Source: Candidatus Yanofskybacteria bacterium RIFCSPLOWO2_02_FULL_41_13
Lineage (GTDB): Bacteria > Patescibacteriota > Minisyncoccia > 2-02-FULL-40-12 > GWA2-44-9
Assembly: GCA_001795735.1 (NCBI GenBank)
Contig: MGKQ01000020.1
Location: 1-50,049, forward strand
Length of the DNA stretch: 50,049 nucleotides
Reading direction: 5' to 3'
Numbering within the stretch: the first letter of the stretch is position 1; every line of letters starts with the position of its first letter. Positions 1 to 9,640 of the stretch are shown here, piece after piece. Under the pieces are notes generated by a model. It ran no database searches and was not told the DNA's origin. It worked only from the letters and a program-made list of their open reading frames with translations. The position numbers and the translations under genes were made by a program.

Positions 1-78
1 CGGGTGGCGCGGCATCCTCCCCGCGCCCCTCCTGCCGCGCCACCCTCGCAGGAAGCCAAAAGATTTTTCATCGCCAAA
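1..78. repeat. GC-rich repeat, left copy (inverted relative to 1287-1364; may extend beyond the window start)
   Basis: Reverse complement of 1-78 matches 1287-1364 at 76/78 positions; internal 13-bp stem gggtggcgcggca/tgccgcgccaccc. Confidence 0.92.
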
Positions 79-81
79 CTC

Positions 82-987
82 CTAAGACTTATCTTTTCTT
101 AATTCTTTATTGTCTTCCTCTGGAATTACTACCATATTGTACATTTTGCTTTTTTTCCAAAAAGCCGGAGACTCTCTCAATTGTTGAAGATCTTTTAAAT
201 CTCCAGACATTAATTTTTTCATAAATAAATCCGTGTCATATGTGTATAGACAATATGCGACGTACGCTCTTATTTGGGCAATATTTTCATATCCAGCAAA
301 AACATCATAGCCCTCTTGCTCGAGTTTCCGTAGAGAACGTAGGGCATATGCCCATGCACCTCTTTCAGCTTGCGCGTCAGATTTTGCCCTTTTGTCGAGA
401 TACCATTGTGGAAGCAAACTATCCACATCAAGTTTTTTTACCATTTCCATAAACTTTTCTCCCGAACCTTTTTGCTTTAATTCTTTTTTCACTGCTATCG
501 TCACGTATTTAAACCACCATTTTAGGAGACCACCAAGAGCGCGCAAATCATCCCAGCGTGTAGTTGCATGTTCTTGTTTTTCGTGAGAATGTCCTATCTC
601 ATGGAACAAAGACAGTAAAAATCCCCTTAACTCAAGTTCATTTTCGGGAAAACCGATTTTCTTTTCTCTGCCACGGTAGATAAAAATTTCATCTTTTCCA
701 AAAAAATGTTCTGGCGGCAGATAAATGCTCAAATCTTTTTCTGTCGCGCCTTCTTTATGTTTAAGTCGTAAATTTATTCTAGATTCCGATTCTTGTAATT
801 CAATATCAAAATTCCTATCCTGCGGAATAACTTCGCGAAGGTTTTTACCAACTTCCCTTAATTGCTCATACGCTCTCCCAATTGCCTCAGCGAGATTATC
901 TTCAACTTTTTTCTCGCCCTCCCCGCCTTCTTGTGGCTTTTCGGGTTCTATGTGAGATTTTTGAATTTCAAAATTACTTTTGGGCAT
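82..987 (-). CDS. Hypothetical protein with HEXXH zinc-metallopeptidase-like motif
   Basis: 301-aa ORF; LFHEIGH plus downstream ERGAWAYA; starts 3 bp after the HTH gene stop. Confidence 0.65.
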   Translation of the reverse strand: MPKSNFEIQKSHIEPEKPQEGGEGEKKVEDNLAEAIGRAYEQLREVGKNLREVIPQDRNFDIELQESESRINLRLKHKEGATEKDLSIYLPPEHFFGKDEIFIYRGREKKIGFPENELELRGFLLSLFHEIGHSHEKQEHATTRWDDLRALGGLLKWWFKYVTIAVKKELKQKGSGEKFMEMVKKLDVDSLLPQWYLDKRAKSDAQAERGAWAYALRSLRKLEQEGYDVFAGYENIAQIRAYVAYCLYTYDTDLFMKKLMSGDLKDLQQLRESPAFWKKSKMYNMVVIPEEDNKELRKDKS

Positions 988-990
988 ATT

Positions 991-1209
991 TTAGAATTTT
1001 AATAAAGCGTCTCGCTTGATTTCTAACGCAGAGGCGATTTTATCAATAACCTTTAATGACGGATTGCGCAAGCCGCGCTCCAAACTGCTAATATATGTCG
1101 GGTGAACACCTAGCTTGCTTGCAAATTTTCTTTGAGAAAACTTTCTTTGCTTACGCAATCCAGCTAATTTTTTACCAAAATTTTTAGTAATGGACGTTTT
1201 TTCTAGCAT
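991..1209 (-). CDS. XRE/Cro-C1 family HTH transcriptional regulator
   Basis: FSQRKFASKLGVHPTYISSLERGLRNPSLKVIDKIASAL is a typical HTH_3; start moved to ATG 1209 because the upstream extension reads through the repeat. Confidence 0.88.
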   Translation of the reverse strand: MLEKTSITKNFGKKLAGLRKQRKFSQRKFASKLGVHPTYISSLERGLRNPSLKVIDKIASALEIKRDALLKF

Positions 1210-1286
1210 ATGAATATTCACTTGCGTTGATTGTAGCAAATGTAATACAATAGGTCTATGAAGACTTATAAGTCTATTTGTATTAA

Positions 1287-1364
1287 TTTGGCGATGAAAA
1301 ATCTTTTGGCTTCCTGCGAGGGTGGCGCGGTAGGAGGGGCGTGGGGAGGATGCCGCGCCACCCG
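1287..1364. repeat. GC-rich repeat, right copy (inverted)
   Basis: 76/78 identity to reverse complement of 1-78. Confidence 0.92.
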
Positions 1365-1505
1365 AGCGTCCGGCGAGCATCAGCGAGCCGGTGGGTTCTC
1401 AAAAAAGGTTCGCGCAAAGGATACAATTTCACCGCATTGACAACTTATTATCGGCATGACCTAGTATCTTGAGGTTGCAGTGCGACCCGAGTGCCCGATA
1501 AAATA

Positions 1506-1550
1506 AGTTAAAACTAAAAGAGCGACAACTTCGCTCTTTTAGTTTTAACT
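1506..1550. terminator. 20-bp perfect hairpin at the recombinase 3' end
   Basis: agttaaaactaaaagagcga-caact-tcgctcttttagttttaact. Confidence 0.7.
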
Positions 1551-2886
1551 ATTCCTCGATCAGCGTGATTTTCTTATCCTTGTAATTCAATCTGCTTCTT
1601 AGGTTTGCTAATAGCTCACGCTTGTCTGACACGCTACCCTCTTTGAGAAGGTACTTGGCATACTGGCGGATATTCACATCATCTTCTTCAACTAGAGCTT
1701 TTCCGCTTCGGCCATTTACAATTTTCTGAAGCTTATTAAATCTCCTGATCTCATTCTCCATTTTATGTCTCATGCCCAGCTCATTGATATTTACCTTGTC
1801 TATAATCTTAAGCAGTTCATCAATTAATTCTTCTTCTCGGATGTATTTGTTTTTGCAGTTCCTATCACGTGATCTGGTACAACCATAGTAGATATAATGT
1901 GCCGATGTGCCATCTTTAAGCGGTTTCCATTTTTCCTCGGCTGTTATGCCAGATTGGCAATATCCGCAGGTGAATAATTTAGTGAAGGAAAACTCTTTAT
2001 TTTCTCTTTGAATATTATCTCGTTTTAATTGGGCTTGGACTTGGTCAAACAATTCCTTGGTAATGATAGGCTGATGCTTGCCTTGATACCAGTTGCCGCT
2101 TTCTCGAGGCCGTTCAAAGACTCCATAGTAGAACGGGTTTTGGAGCAATCTATATACGCCGCTTAATGTCAGGGGCTTGTTGCCTCTGGTATGAAAGTTG
2201 AGTTCAAATTTGAGCCAGTTGTATATCTTCCTACCCGAGTAATGTTCATGGGCAACTTTTTCAAACATTTTCTTGATAACGGGTGCTCGCAGAGAATCAA
2301 TAATTACTTGGCACTTTTTATCCATTAGTCCCTGATTAAGATAACCGAGGGGAGCAGTTCCGGCCCAGAGGCCCATCTCGCACCTTGTCCGTAGTCCGCG
2401 TTTAACATTCACACCGCGATTATCATTCTCCAATTTGGCCTGCGATCCCAATATCATGAGCAGAAACTTTTCACTGGGGCTATTACTAAATCTCTGACCG
2501 TAAGTCCTAATTTCTACGAGGAGCTTGGCATCCATAAGGTCAACTATCTTACCTAGGTCGCCAGCATTTCTAGAAATTCTGTCTGGTGCCCACGTTAGGA
2601 TACCGTTGTACTTACCCTGACGTATCTCATCTATAATCTCATTGAAGATAGGACGTTGTCCCGTCTCCTTTGCACTGTGACTCTCTCTTTTTATTTCGAC
2701 CACATCAAGCCCTTCTTTCTCGGCTAGAAGAAGCATCTCCTTGATCTGGCTATCAATAGAGAGGACTTGTCGTTCCTCGCTCTCCGTGCTTTTTCGCGAA
2801 TAAAGCACGTACTTCATCTTTGTTACTTCGACTGCTATTGGGGGTGGGAAAGCCCCCGAAATCCCTTGTGTTGGTATGCTATTCAT
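1549..2886 (-). CDS. Large serine recombinase/integrase (resolvase + recombinase + Zn-ribbon)
   Basis: YSRKS catalytic motif, WAPDRISRN, CGYC...YYGC Zn-ribbon; true start may be MKYVLYSRKS at about 2817. Confidence 0.93.
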   Translation of the reverse strand: MNSIPTQGISGAFPPPIAVEVTKMKYVLYSRKSTESEERQVLSIDSQIKEMLLLAEKEGLDVVEIKRESHSAKETGQRPIFNEIIDEIRQGKYNGILTWAPDRISRNAGDLGKIVDLMDAKLLVEIRTYGQRFSNSPSEKFLLMILGSQAKLENDNRGVNVKRGLRTRCEMGLWAGTAPLGYLNQGLMDKKCQVIIDSLRAPVIKKMFEKVAHEHYSGRKIYNWLKFELNFHTRGNKPLTLSGVYRLLQNPFYYGVFERPRESGNWYQGKHQPIITKELFDQVQAQLKRDNIQRENKEFSFTKLFTCGYCQSGITAEEKWKPLKDGTSAHYIYYGCTRSRDRNCKNKYIREEELIDELLKIIDKVNINELGMRHKMENEIRRFNKLQKIVNGRSGKALVEEDDVNIRQYAKYLLKEGSVSDKRELLANLRSRLNYKDKKITLIEE

Positions 2887-2949
2887 ACACTAAGGAATGA
2901 CGCTTTGGTGGTAGGAGTCCAGAGCGCCCCAAGAACCTAAAGTTGGTAA

Positions 2950-4482
2950 CTAAACAAGGAACATATTTCTCATATTCTCTCGAACCCTCATCATTTTCTC
3001 TCGTTCATCTGGTGGCAGATGATCATACTCGCCAGCATACTCTCCTTTGAACACTATCCCCATAACTGGTTGCCTATTATCCTCTTCAATTATTTTCGAC
3101 AGTAGAATTGTAAAAGCATCAACAAGGTCATCATGCTTCTCAGTGCCAAATCCCAAGATTTGATTACTAAGAATCTCTGAACCTAGAGGAAATAAGACCT
3201 TTCCGCTTTGCAGAAGATGGCTTACTGCACTTAAGCGAGCATACTTATCTTGACCATGAACCTTGACCCCATTGACCGGATAACCATCCTTTTTAAGCTG
3301 TTCAATAATTGCAGCTTGATAGCTGACATCCTCAACAAATAGCTTGCTTCGACCCATGCTATCGGAAATGGCCTCTGCTTTGTCGATGGTTTCCAAAAAT
3401 GTCAGTCGTTGATTCACAATATTCGGTAGAATATATATTTTAAGATTTTTTCCCTTGCCGCAAACTCTAGCCGATACCATTGCCGTAAAATCAGCTCTTT
3501 CATCCTTAGATATAGCTGGGTCAATTCCGGTGGCACAATACGAATTTTCTTCCGGCGGAGGTCCATCATAGCACTGGATCCATTCTTTTCGTATAAGTTG
3601 TTCCTCTGTAGAGATAATCTTGAGTAAATATTCTCTGGCCCAAGAAGCATCGGTAATAGTATTCATCCTTTCTTTCTCAATATCTTCCGGGGTTGGATAT
3701 TTCCCAGGCCACAAAGGATCGCCATCTTTATCTACAATCGGGTATTCCCGATAAATACTGTTGGGTCGGCCAGTTTCAATACTTTTTTGCAGTCGGCGAA
3801 TCAGTCCGTCATCGTGAAGCAAGTTGCCGATAGCGATTATTCTTGTCTTTCTGCTCCCGGCTGGAATAACTTCCCCAGTCAGCCAATTAAACAATTTGTC
3901 TCTACTCTCCTGGGTTTTTACCGACTCAAGATCTTCGACGTCGTCTAAAATAATCAGATCCGGACGATGTTCGTCGTGCAATACTCCACGGATGCTCTGT
4001 CCGACCGAAGCAATCATGATTTTAGCGTTTAGCTTGCTGATGGTTAGTGCCGTCGCACCCCAAGGACCCCTTTCTTCTTCAAATGGCCCTAGGTCTTTTT
4101 TAAGCAGTTCATTATTCTCAAGCTGGCGTCTAATATTCATAAGGTATGTCCGGGCTTTCTGCTCGGTTTGACCAACAATGACAACGAATTTCTTTTGCTG
4201 GATGCCGAATACAGCCCACAGCACATAGGCCACACTGATTAAAGTCGACTTGGCGGATCCTCTAAAAGCAAGAATAACCGCGAGACTTATCGCCTCGTCT
4301 TCAAGAATACGAAATATTTCTTCGTGAAATGGCGGGGTTTCATATTCTAGCCTTTTATGGAAATAAACTGGGAAAAAGAATTCGAATGCTTTTGTAACAA
4401 TCGCTTTTCTTACATTCTTATCCTTTAGGATTTTATCAAATATTTTCTCAGCTTTATTTTTGTTGTTTTTTATTTTGTCCAT
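2950..4482 (-). CDS. Phage terminase large subunit-like protein
   Basis: AFRGSAKST Walker A, LIILDDVE Walker B, C-terminal RNase H-like GIDPA...VEDVSYQ...HDDLVDA. Confidence 0.85.
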   Translation of the reverse strand: MDKIKNNKNKAEKIFDKILKDKNVRKAIVTKAFEFFFPVYFHKRLEYETPPFHEEIFRILEDEAISLAVILAFRGSAKSTLISVAYVLWAVFGIQQKKFVVIVGQTEQKARTYLMNIRRQLENNELLKKDLGPFEEERGPWGATALTISKLNAKIMIASVGQSIRGVLHDEHRPDLIILDDVEDLESVKTQESRDKLFNWLTGEVIPAGSRKTRIIAIGNLLHDDGLIRRLQKSIETGRPNSIYREYPIVDKDGDPLWPGKYPTPEDIEKERMNTITDASWAREYLLKIISTEEQLIRKEWIQCYDGPPPEENSYCATGIDPAISKDERADFTAMVSARVCGKGKNLKIYILPNIVNQRLTFLETIDKAEAISDSMGRSKLFVEDVSYQAAIIEQLKKDGYPVNGVKVHGQDKYARLSAVSHLLQSGKVLFPLGSEILSNQILGFGTEKHDDLVDAFTILLSKIIEEDNRQPVMGIVFKGEYAGEYDHLPPDEREKMMRVRENMRNMFLV

Positions 4483-4885
4483 AGTTTCTAAGTGATGATA
4501 ATTTTAATGCTTGGCGTATAAGCCCCTTTTGAGTGGCGGTTAAAGGTTCATCTTTAGTAGAAACTGTTCCGGACAATTCCAGACGGTCGGCATAACGTGG
4601 ATTGTTGTGGCGGAGTACGTATTTTATTGCTTCTATCTTTTTGTCTTTTACTAGACTGAAGAGTTGCGACTCGGCAATATCAGAGATAAAAAGCCTGCCC
4701 TCGAATAGCGCTTCTTCAACCTGTTTCGCGAATTCTTTGCTGGCTTTAGTCCAACGATAGAATGTCATTCGGGAGATGCCAACCTTCTCGCAAGCAATTT
4801 CGATAATCGGCGTTCTCATCAATTGTTCCAGTACCGCTTTCTTTAATTTGGCCTGTCGGATTTTAATAGTTTTTTCCTTACTCAT
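4454..4885 (-). CDS. HTH protein, probable terminase small subunit
   Basis: IEIACEKVGISRMTFYRW HTH; overlaps and lies upstream of the large subunit. Confidence 0.65.
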   Translation of the reverse strand: MSKEKTIKIRQAKLKKAVLEQLMRTPIIEIACEKVGISRMTFYRWTKASKEFAKQVEEALFEGRLFISDIAESQLFSLVKDKKIEAIKYVLRHNNPRYADRLELSGTVSTKDEPLTATQKGLIRQALKLSSLRNYGQNKKQQK

Positions 4886-5640
4886 AATTTTATCGCTTTA
4901 AGGTTAGTTAGTTTTTCGAAGCGGTCAATAATTGTTTGGCAATATTCTGAATCAAGTTCAACGCCGATACAGATTCTTTTGGTCTGTTCGCAAGCCAATA
5001 GCGTTGTACCTGAGCCCAGAAATCCATCATAAACAACATCTCCAATGCGAGTGCTGTTTAATATCAGTCGGCGAATTAATCCGATTGGCTTGGTGGTGGG
5101 GTGAAATGGGCTCTTGCTTGGTTTTGGATGGACGATTACGCTTCTATCTTTGGACTTGAGAAATTCGTGAGTGCCATACCAGCCATATGCAATCAGCTCG
5201 TGTTGCGGAGCGTAATCCATTCTACCTATCACAGCCTGAGTTTTAACCCAGATCAGAAGCTGGGCGAATTTGAACCCGACTTTCAAAATGCCTTCTCGCA
5301 AGGCGAAGATCATTTTGTCGGAGTTAAAGATGTAGAAGCTGTTCTTCTTTGTCAGATGTGGTTTTACCGTTTCGAGCCAATCTCGAGTAAATTTTACATA
5401 CTCCCCATCGCTCTGAATTTGATCATTGGCTATGACCTTGTTTTTTAACAAGGGCTGAAATCCTTCTTTGGATTCCGTGACAGCTACACCATAAGGAACA
5501 TCGCAGATCACTGCTTTTATTTTGTGTTCCCCAACCAACTGAGCAACAGCTTCTTTATTTCTCGCATCCCCACAAAGCAGCAGATGACTGCCCAGACAAA
5601 ACACAGAACCATGTTTAATTGAGTTTTTTGATTTGGTCAT
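4882..5640 (-). CDS. N4/N6 DNA methyltransferase (beta class)
   Basis: DVPY catalytic motif, HPTTKP, DGFLGSGTT SAM-binding motif. Confidence 0.9.
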   Translation of the reverse strand: MTKSKNSIKHGSVFCLGSHLLLCGDARNKEAVAQLVGEHKIKAVICDVPYGVAVTESKEGFQPLLKNKVIANDQIQSDGEYVKFTRDWLETVKPHLTKKNSFYIFNSDKMIFALREGILKVGFKFAQLLIWVKTQAVIGRMDYAPQHELIAYGWYGTHEFLKSKDRSVIVHPKPSKSPFHPTTKPIGLIRRLILNSTRIGDVVYDGFLGSGTTLLACEQTKRICIGVELDSEYCQTIIDRFEKLTNLKAIKL

Positions 5641-6895
5641 TTGATATTTTTTTAAAACGATTAATAATTACCTGGCAAAACACTGGCTCAAGTTCGCAGA
5701 GATATGCGGTACGTTTCATTTGCTCACAGGCCGACAAGATACTGCCTGACCCAGCCGTCAGATCTAATACGACGTCTCCAGGCTTGGTACAGCGACGCAA
5801 AGCCTTTTCGTGGAGTGTTGGATTTTTCTGAGTCGGGTGTTCGTACTGGTTACCTGGCAATCTTTTTACAAGCCATATATTTAAGAGATCCAGAATATCT
5901 TCGGTGAGCCGATTACCAGTGCCGACTTCTTTGTTTATGACCTCATTCAAATTTTTTACTTTATCCGATAAGTACGGCCGACCGATTGTTCCATATACGA
6001 TATACTCTGTGACCTTATTAAAGGCGATGTTGGGTGTGGGCGATGCATTGTCCTTAATCCATATTAATAACCGCTTAGAATTGATATCGAGCTCTTTATA
6101 TAGTTGCTGCAATAGCCAAACATTTCGTTCATCGCACCAGAACATAACATGGGCATCCGGTTTAGTAACCGAGAGCGCATTCTGGATAATCGACTTCACA
6201 AATTTTCTGTATTCAGCATCTGACTTATTATCATTCATTGTGCCACCGTAACTTCCTTTGTTACCGACACCACGATCGTATGACAACCCGATATTAAAAG
6301 GTAAATCATCATTTATTAGGTCGGCACGGATGTTGCCCATGAGTTTCTTCGCATTTTCTGGTTGAGTTGCGTCAGCACAAAGCAGTCGATGTCTCCCAAG
6401 AGCAAAATAGTCTCCGGGTTTGATAGTCGTGCTTTTGGCTTTTTGAATCTCTTTCTCATCTTCAAATTCATCATCTAGAATTTCAAGGTTGTCATCATAG
6501 ATGTTGCTGAGATCGATTGAATCAAAACCTGCTGTCAGCAATTCGCCTAGATCAAAATCAGTTGCCAATTTTTCCCAATCCCAAGACGCTCCTGACCTAT
6601 TTGAAGTCAGAAGGTAGTCTTTAAATTCTTTTTCGGTTAATTTGCGATTAGGAACTCTGACCTCGATTTCTTCACCCCCTCTACCTAGAAGAGATAATGC
6701 TAAGACACGCTGATTTCCAGCGACCAACGTTCCGTCTGTATTAATACAAGGCAGTTCGGCTACATTGTATTTTTTAAGGCTTCGTTGTAACCCAGCTAGT
6801 TGAACCTGGCTAAGTACTCTCGGATTTTTATCATATCTGACGAGATCCTTTACTCGTCTTTTCTCCGTGTGCCATTCCATTTTTTTTGTTGGCAT
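5615..6895 (-). CDS. ParB-like N-terminal domain fused to DNA methyltransferase
   Basis: N-terminal KNPR...AGNQR ParB/Srx-like; DLPF, HPTQK, DLTAGSGS motifs. Confidence 0.85.
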   Translation of the reverse strand: MPTKKMEWHTEKRRVKDLVRYDKNPRVLSQVQLAGLQRSLKKYNVAELPCINTDGTLVAGNQRVLALSLLGRGGEEIEVRVPNRKLTEKEFKDYLLTSNRSGASWDWEKLATDFDLGELLTAGFDSIDLSNIYDDNLEILDDEFEDEKEIQKAKSTTIKPGDYFALGRHRLLCADATQPENAKKLMGNIRADLINDDLPFNIGLSYDRGVGNKGSYGGTMNDNKSDAEYRKFVKSIIQNALSVTKPDAHVMFWCDERNVWLLQQLYKELDINSKRLLIWIKDNASPTPNIAFNKVTEYIVYGTIGRPYLSDKVKNLNEVINKEVGTGNRLTEDILDLLNIWLVKRLPGNQYEHPTQKNPTLHEKALRRCTKPGDVVLDLTAGSGSILSACEQMKRTAYLCELEPVFCQVIINRFKKISNDQIKKLN

Positions 6896-7571
6896 ATATT
6901 TTTGTAGGTTATTTAATTAATATCTCACACAACGAAAGCAACCGGCCATATAATGGTCGGTTGCTAATGAAAGAAGGCTATAAATCCAAGCAACAAACCA
7001 TTTTAGGTTAGTTACCTCGATTCATAGCCCTTTAGTAAATCCGTACGGGCGCTATAGCCTAATCGGACCCACTCAGTTTTTCTATAAATTCATTGAATCT
7101 TACTTTTCGCCTTATTGTTTTGCCACTGGGGACTAAAGCGACTAGTATATTCCGCCCCAGACTTCACGAATGGGGCAAAGGTGTATTTAGTTGTTCTCTA
7201 TGTACTTGATATAAGTATAGCCTTATAGAGAACACCTCACAAGTACCCTGTGGATAATGCTATAAATACGTATTCTGTCAAAATTCATAAAAGTGTTCCG
7301 AATTAGGTCTGTCGGTAAAGCCCCTTCGCAACCGCCCTTTTTTAAGCTTGAATGGACGCCTGGTCGATATTTTGCTAAAATTCCCTTAACAATTCATTAA
7401 GTAGCCTAAACTCCAGGTATTGTTGCTTGGGGCATGGCGAAAAGTCGTATAAGGCATAAAAACCCCATCATAGGGTCGCCTTATACGCCGTATTGGGAAA
7501 CCAATGCGAGAGACTCCGGTCTCTACCTGTGGTGGGCTTTTTGTATCCACCATGGGTTAAATTATAAACCT

Positions 7572-8633
7572 ATGGCTATAATAATTTCCCAAAACGGCAA
7601 GAACGCCGTGAAGGTTGAGAAATCAACTTTCGAAAAAGAAGATTCTCTTCAGCAGTATATTTATCAAAACCCCGAGAGCATTCCTCTCTACGATATTAAG
7701 GAAGATATCCGCCTTCTAATATTAGCTCGGGAGTTCCCAACCAATAGCGGTCCGATTGACGCTATTGGAATTGATAAGTTCGGCGAGCTATATATTGTCG
7801 AAACCAAATTATACAAGAATCCAGATAAGCGAATCGTCATCGCCCAAGTAATTGATTACGGTGCCGCGCTTTGGAAGCACTCCAATGACTTCAATGAATT
7901 TCTCTCTATTCTGGATGAGCACACTCAAAGAGTTTTTAGTTTAAGGACAACGGAAAAAATTCAAAGCTTCTTCCAGCTTTCCGAAGAAGAAGCGACTGCC
8001 CTAATAGACAAGTCGAAACGCAATCTTAACGATGGCGTTTTTCATTTCGTAATTCTCATGGACAAGCTCGACGATCGATTGAAAGACTTAATTCTCTACG
8101 TTAACCAAAACAGCCAGTTTGATATCTACGCCGTTGAGCTCGAATACTACAAGCACGATACGTATGAAATAGTCATACCCAGAATTTTTGGAGCAGAGGT
8201 TAAGAAGGATATCGCGGTTTCATCAGGTTCAAGTGCAAGGCGAAAGTGGGACGAGCGATCTATGCTCGAAGATGCTAAACAAAAATTCAACCCTGATGAG
8301 TTGGTGTTATTTGAGAAAATCTACAATTTCTCCAAAGAAAATGCCGATCTCATAAACTTCGGCACTGGATCATATGCAACGTTTAGTCCGATCTTTGAAA
8401 AACTATGCTCTAAATCCTTATTTACTCTCGGTACTGATAAACGGCTCAGCTTTAACTTTGAATGGGTTGGTCATGACAATCCAGAAACAATGGGAAAACT
8501 TAAAGAAGGGCTAGATAAGATTGGATTCAAATTCAAAGAAGACTACTCCAATACTCGTCCTAGTTTTCCCTTCGAAGATTGGTCATTGAAAACGGATGAA
8601 ATAATACGGGTCATTAATAACTTACTTTCATAA
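7572..8633 (+). CDS. PD-(D/E)xK nuclease, NucS/DUF91-like
   Basis: AREF...GPIDAIGID...IVETKL...AQVIDY; start at ATG 7572 preferred because the upstream extension is a structured region. Confidence 0.7.
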   Translation: MAIIISQNGKNAVKVEKSTFEKEDSLQQYIYQNPESIPLYDIKEDIRLLILAREFPTNSGPIDAIGIDKFGELYIVETKLYKNPDKRIVIAQVIDYGAALWKHSNDFNEFLSILDEHTQRVFSLRTTEKIQSFFQLSEEEATALIDKSKRNLNDGVFHFVILMDKLDDRLKDLILYVNQNSQFDIYAVELEYYKHDTYEIVIPRIFGAEVKKDIAVSSGSSARRKWDERSMLEDAKQKFNPDELVLFEKIYNFSKENADLINFGTGSYATFSPIFEKLCSKSLFTLGTDKRLSFNFEWVGHDNPETMGKLKEGLDKIGFKFKEDYSNTRPSFPFEDWSLKTDEIIRVINNLLS

Positions 8634-9637
8634 TGAAAATTATCCAATTACCGAAAAATAAGTTTCTCAAGGTTCTTTCGGTGTCATTATTGGGCATAAT
8701 TGGCCTCATTCTCTGGCCATTTACAGTCGGAGGATTAATAGTCTTTCAAGTTAATAAGCGGATTAAGTTACGGAGGTTAAGACTAGGCTTGATAATTGTT
8801 GTTAGTATTGCCGGAATACTGTTCGGCTCAGTATGGACTTGGGCTTTATTCTCCGGCTCTAGTCCAGTTACTGTCACGGAAAAAGTGGCGGAAGAAAATA
8901 TAATTCTTGATCCGAGTCCGACAGAAAGTGTAAGTCCCAATAATAGAGAGTCGGATGCTAGTCCTCAGGGGACAACTAACTCAAATCCAAAAGTTAGCAC
9001 CAAGTCCACACCAAGTTCGTCATCTGCACCTACTTACCAAGTTGTGAAAGTCGTTGATGGCGATACTCTCGATCTTAGTATTAATGGCAAGACAGAACGA
9101 ATAAGATTGATTGGTATCAATACCCCGGAAACCGTAGATCCCAGGAAACCAGTTGAATGTTTTGGTATCGAGGCTTCCAATAAAGCTAAGGCAACTCTTT
9201 CTGGAAAGTATGTATCTCTTGAGAAAGATGCCAGTCAAGGCGATAGAGATAAGTATGGCAGACTGCTTGGCTATATCTTTCTCGCTGACGGCACTAACTT
9301 CAATAAGATGATGATTCAGCAGGGCTATGCCTATGAATATACCCATGGTACTCCGTATAGATACCAAGTTGAATTTAAGAAAGCCCAACAAGAAGCTCAA
9401 GTCGCCAAAGCTGGACTTTGGGCTTCTGATGTATGTGATGGAAACTTAAGTCCTACACCAGCACCAGTCAATGGTCACATCTTCTATCTCAGTACCTATT
9501 ACAGTGCTAAATACTACTACTGTGACACGGATGAGGGCTGGAAATCTCTATCGACTCAATATCTGAAGTCTTATCCGTCAGAATCGGCTTTGCTAAAAGA
9601 CTATCCTAATAGAACTTTGCACGAGGCATGTAGGTAG
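8633..9637 (+). CDS. Membrane-anchored thermonuclease (SNase family)
   Basis: Two N-terminal TM segments; VVDGDT, IRLIGINTPE, DKYGRLLGY, AGLW. Confidence 0.9.
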   Translation: MKIIQLPKNKFLKVLSVSLLGIIGLILWPFTVGGLIVFQVNKRIKLRRLRLGLIIVVSIAGILFGSVWTWALFSGSSPVTVTEKVAEENIILDPSPTESVSPNNRESDASPQGTTNSNPKVSTKSTPSSSSAPTYQVVKVVDGDTLDLSINGKTERIRLIGINTPETVDPRKPVECFGIEASNKAKATLSGKYVSLEKDASQGDRDKYGRLLGYIFLADGTNFNKMMIQQGYAYEYTHGTPYRYQVEFKKAQQEAQVAKAGLWASDVCDGNLSPTPAPVNGHIFYLSTYYSAKYYYCDTDEGWKSLSTQYLKSYPSESALLKDYPNRTLHEACR

Positions 9638-9640
9638 GGG

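Noticed and set aside
1442-1509. Imperfect inverted repeat aacttattatcggca...tgcccgataaaataagtt as the recombinase att site
   Set aside because: Plausible, but no partner site was found in the window, so it cannot be supported
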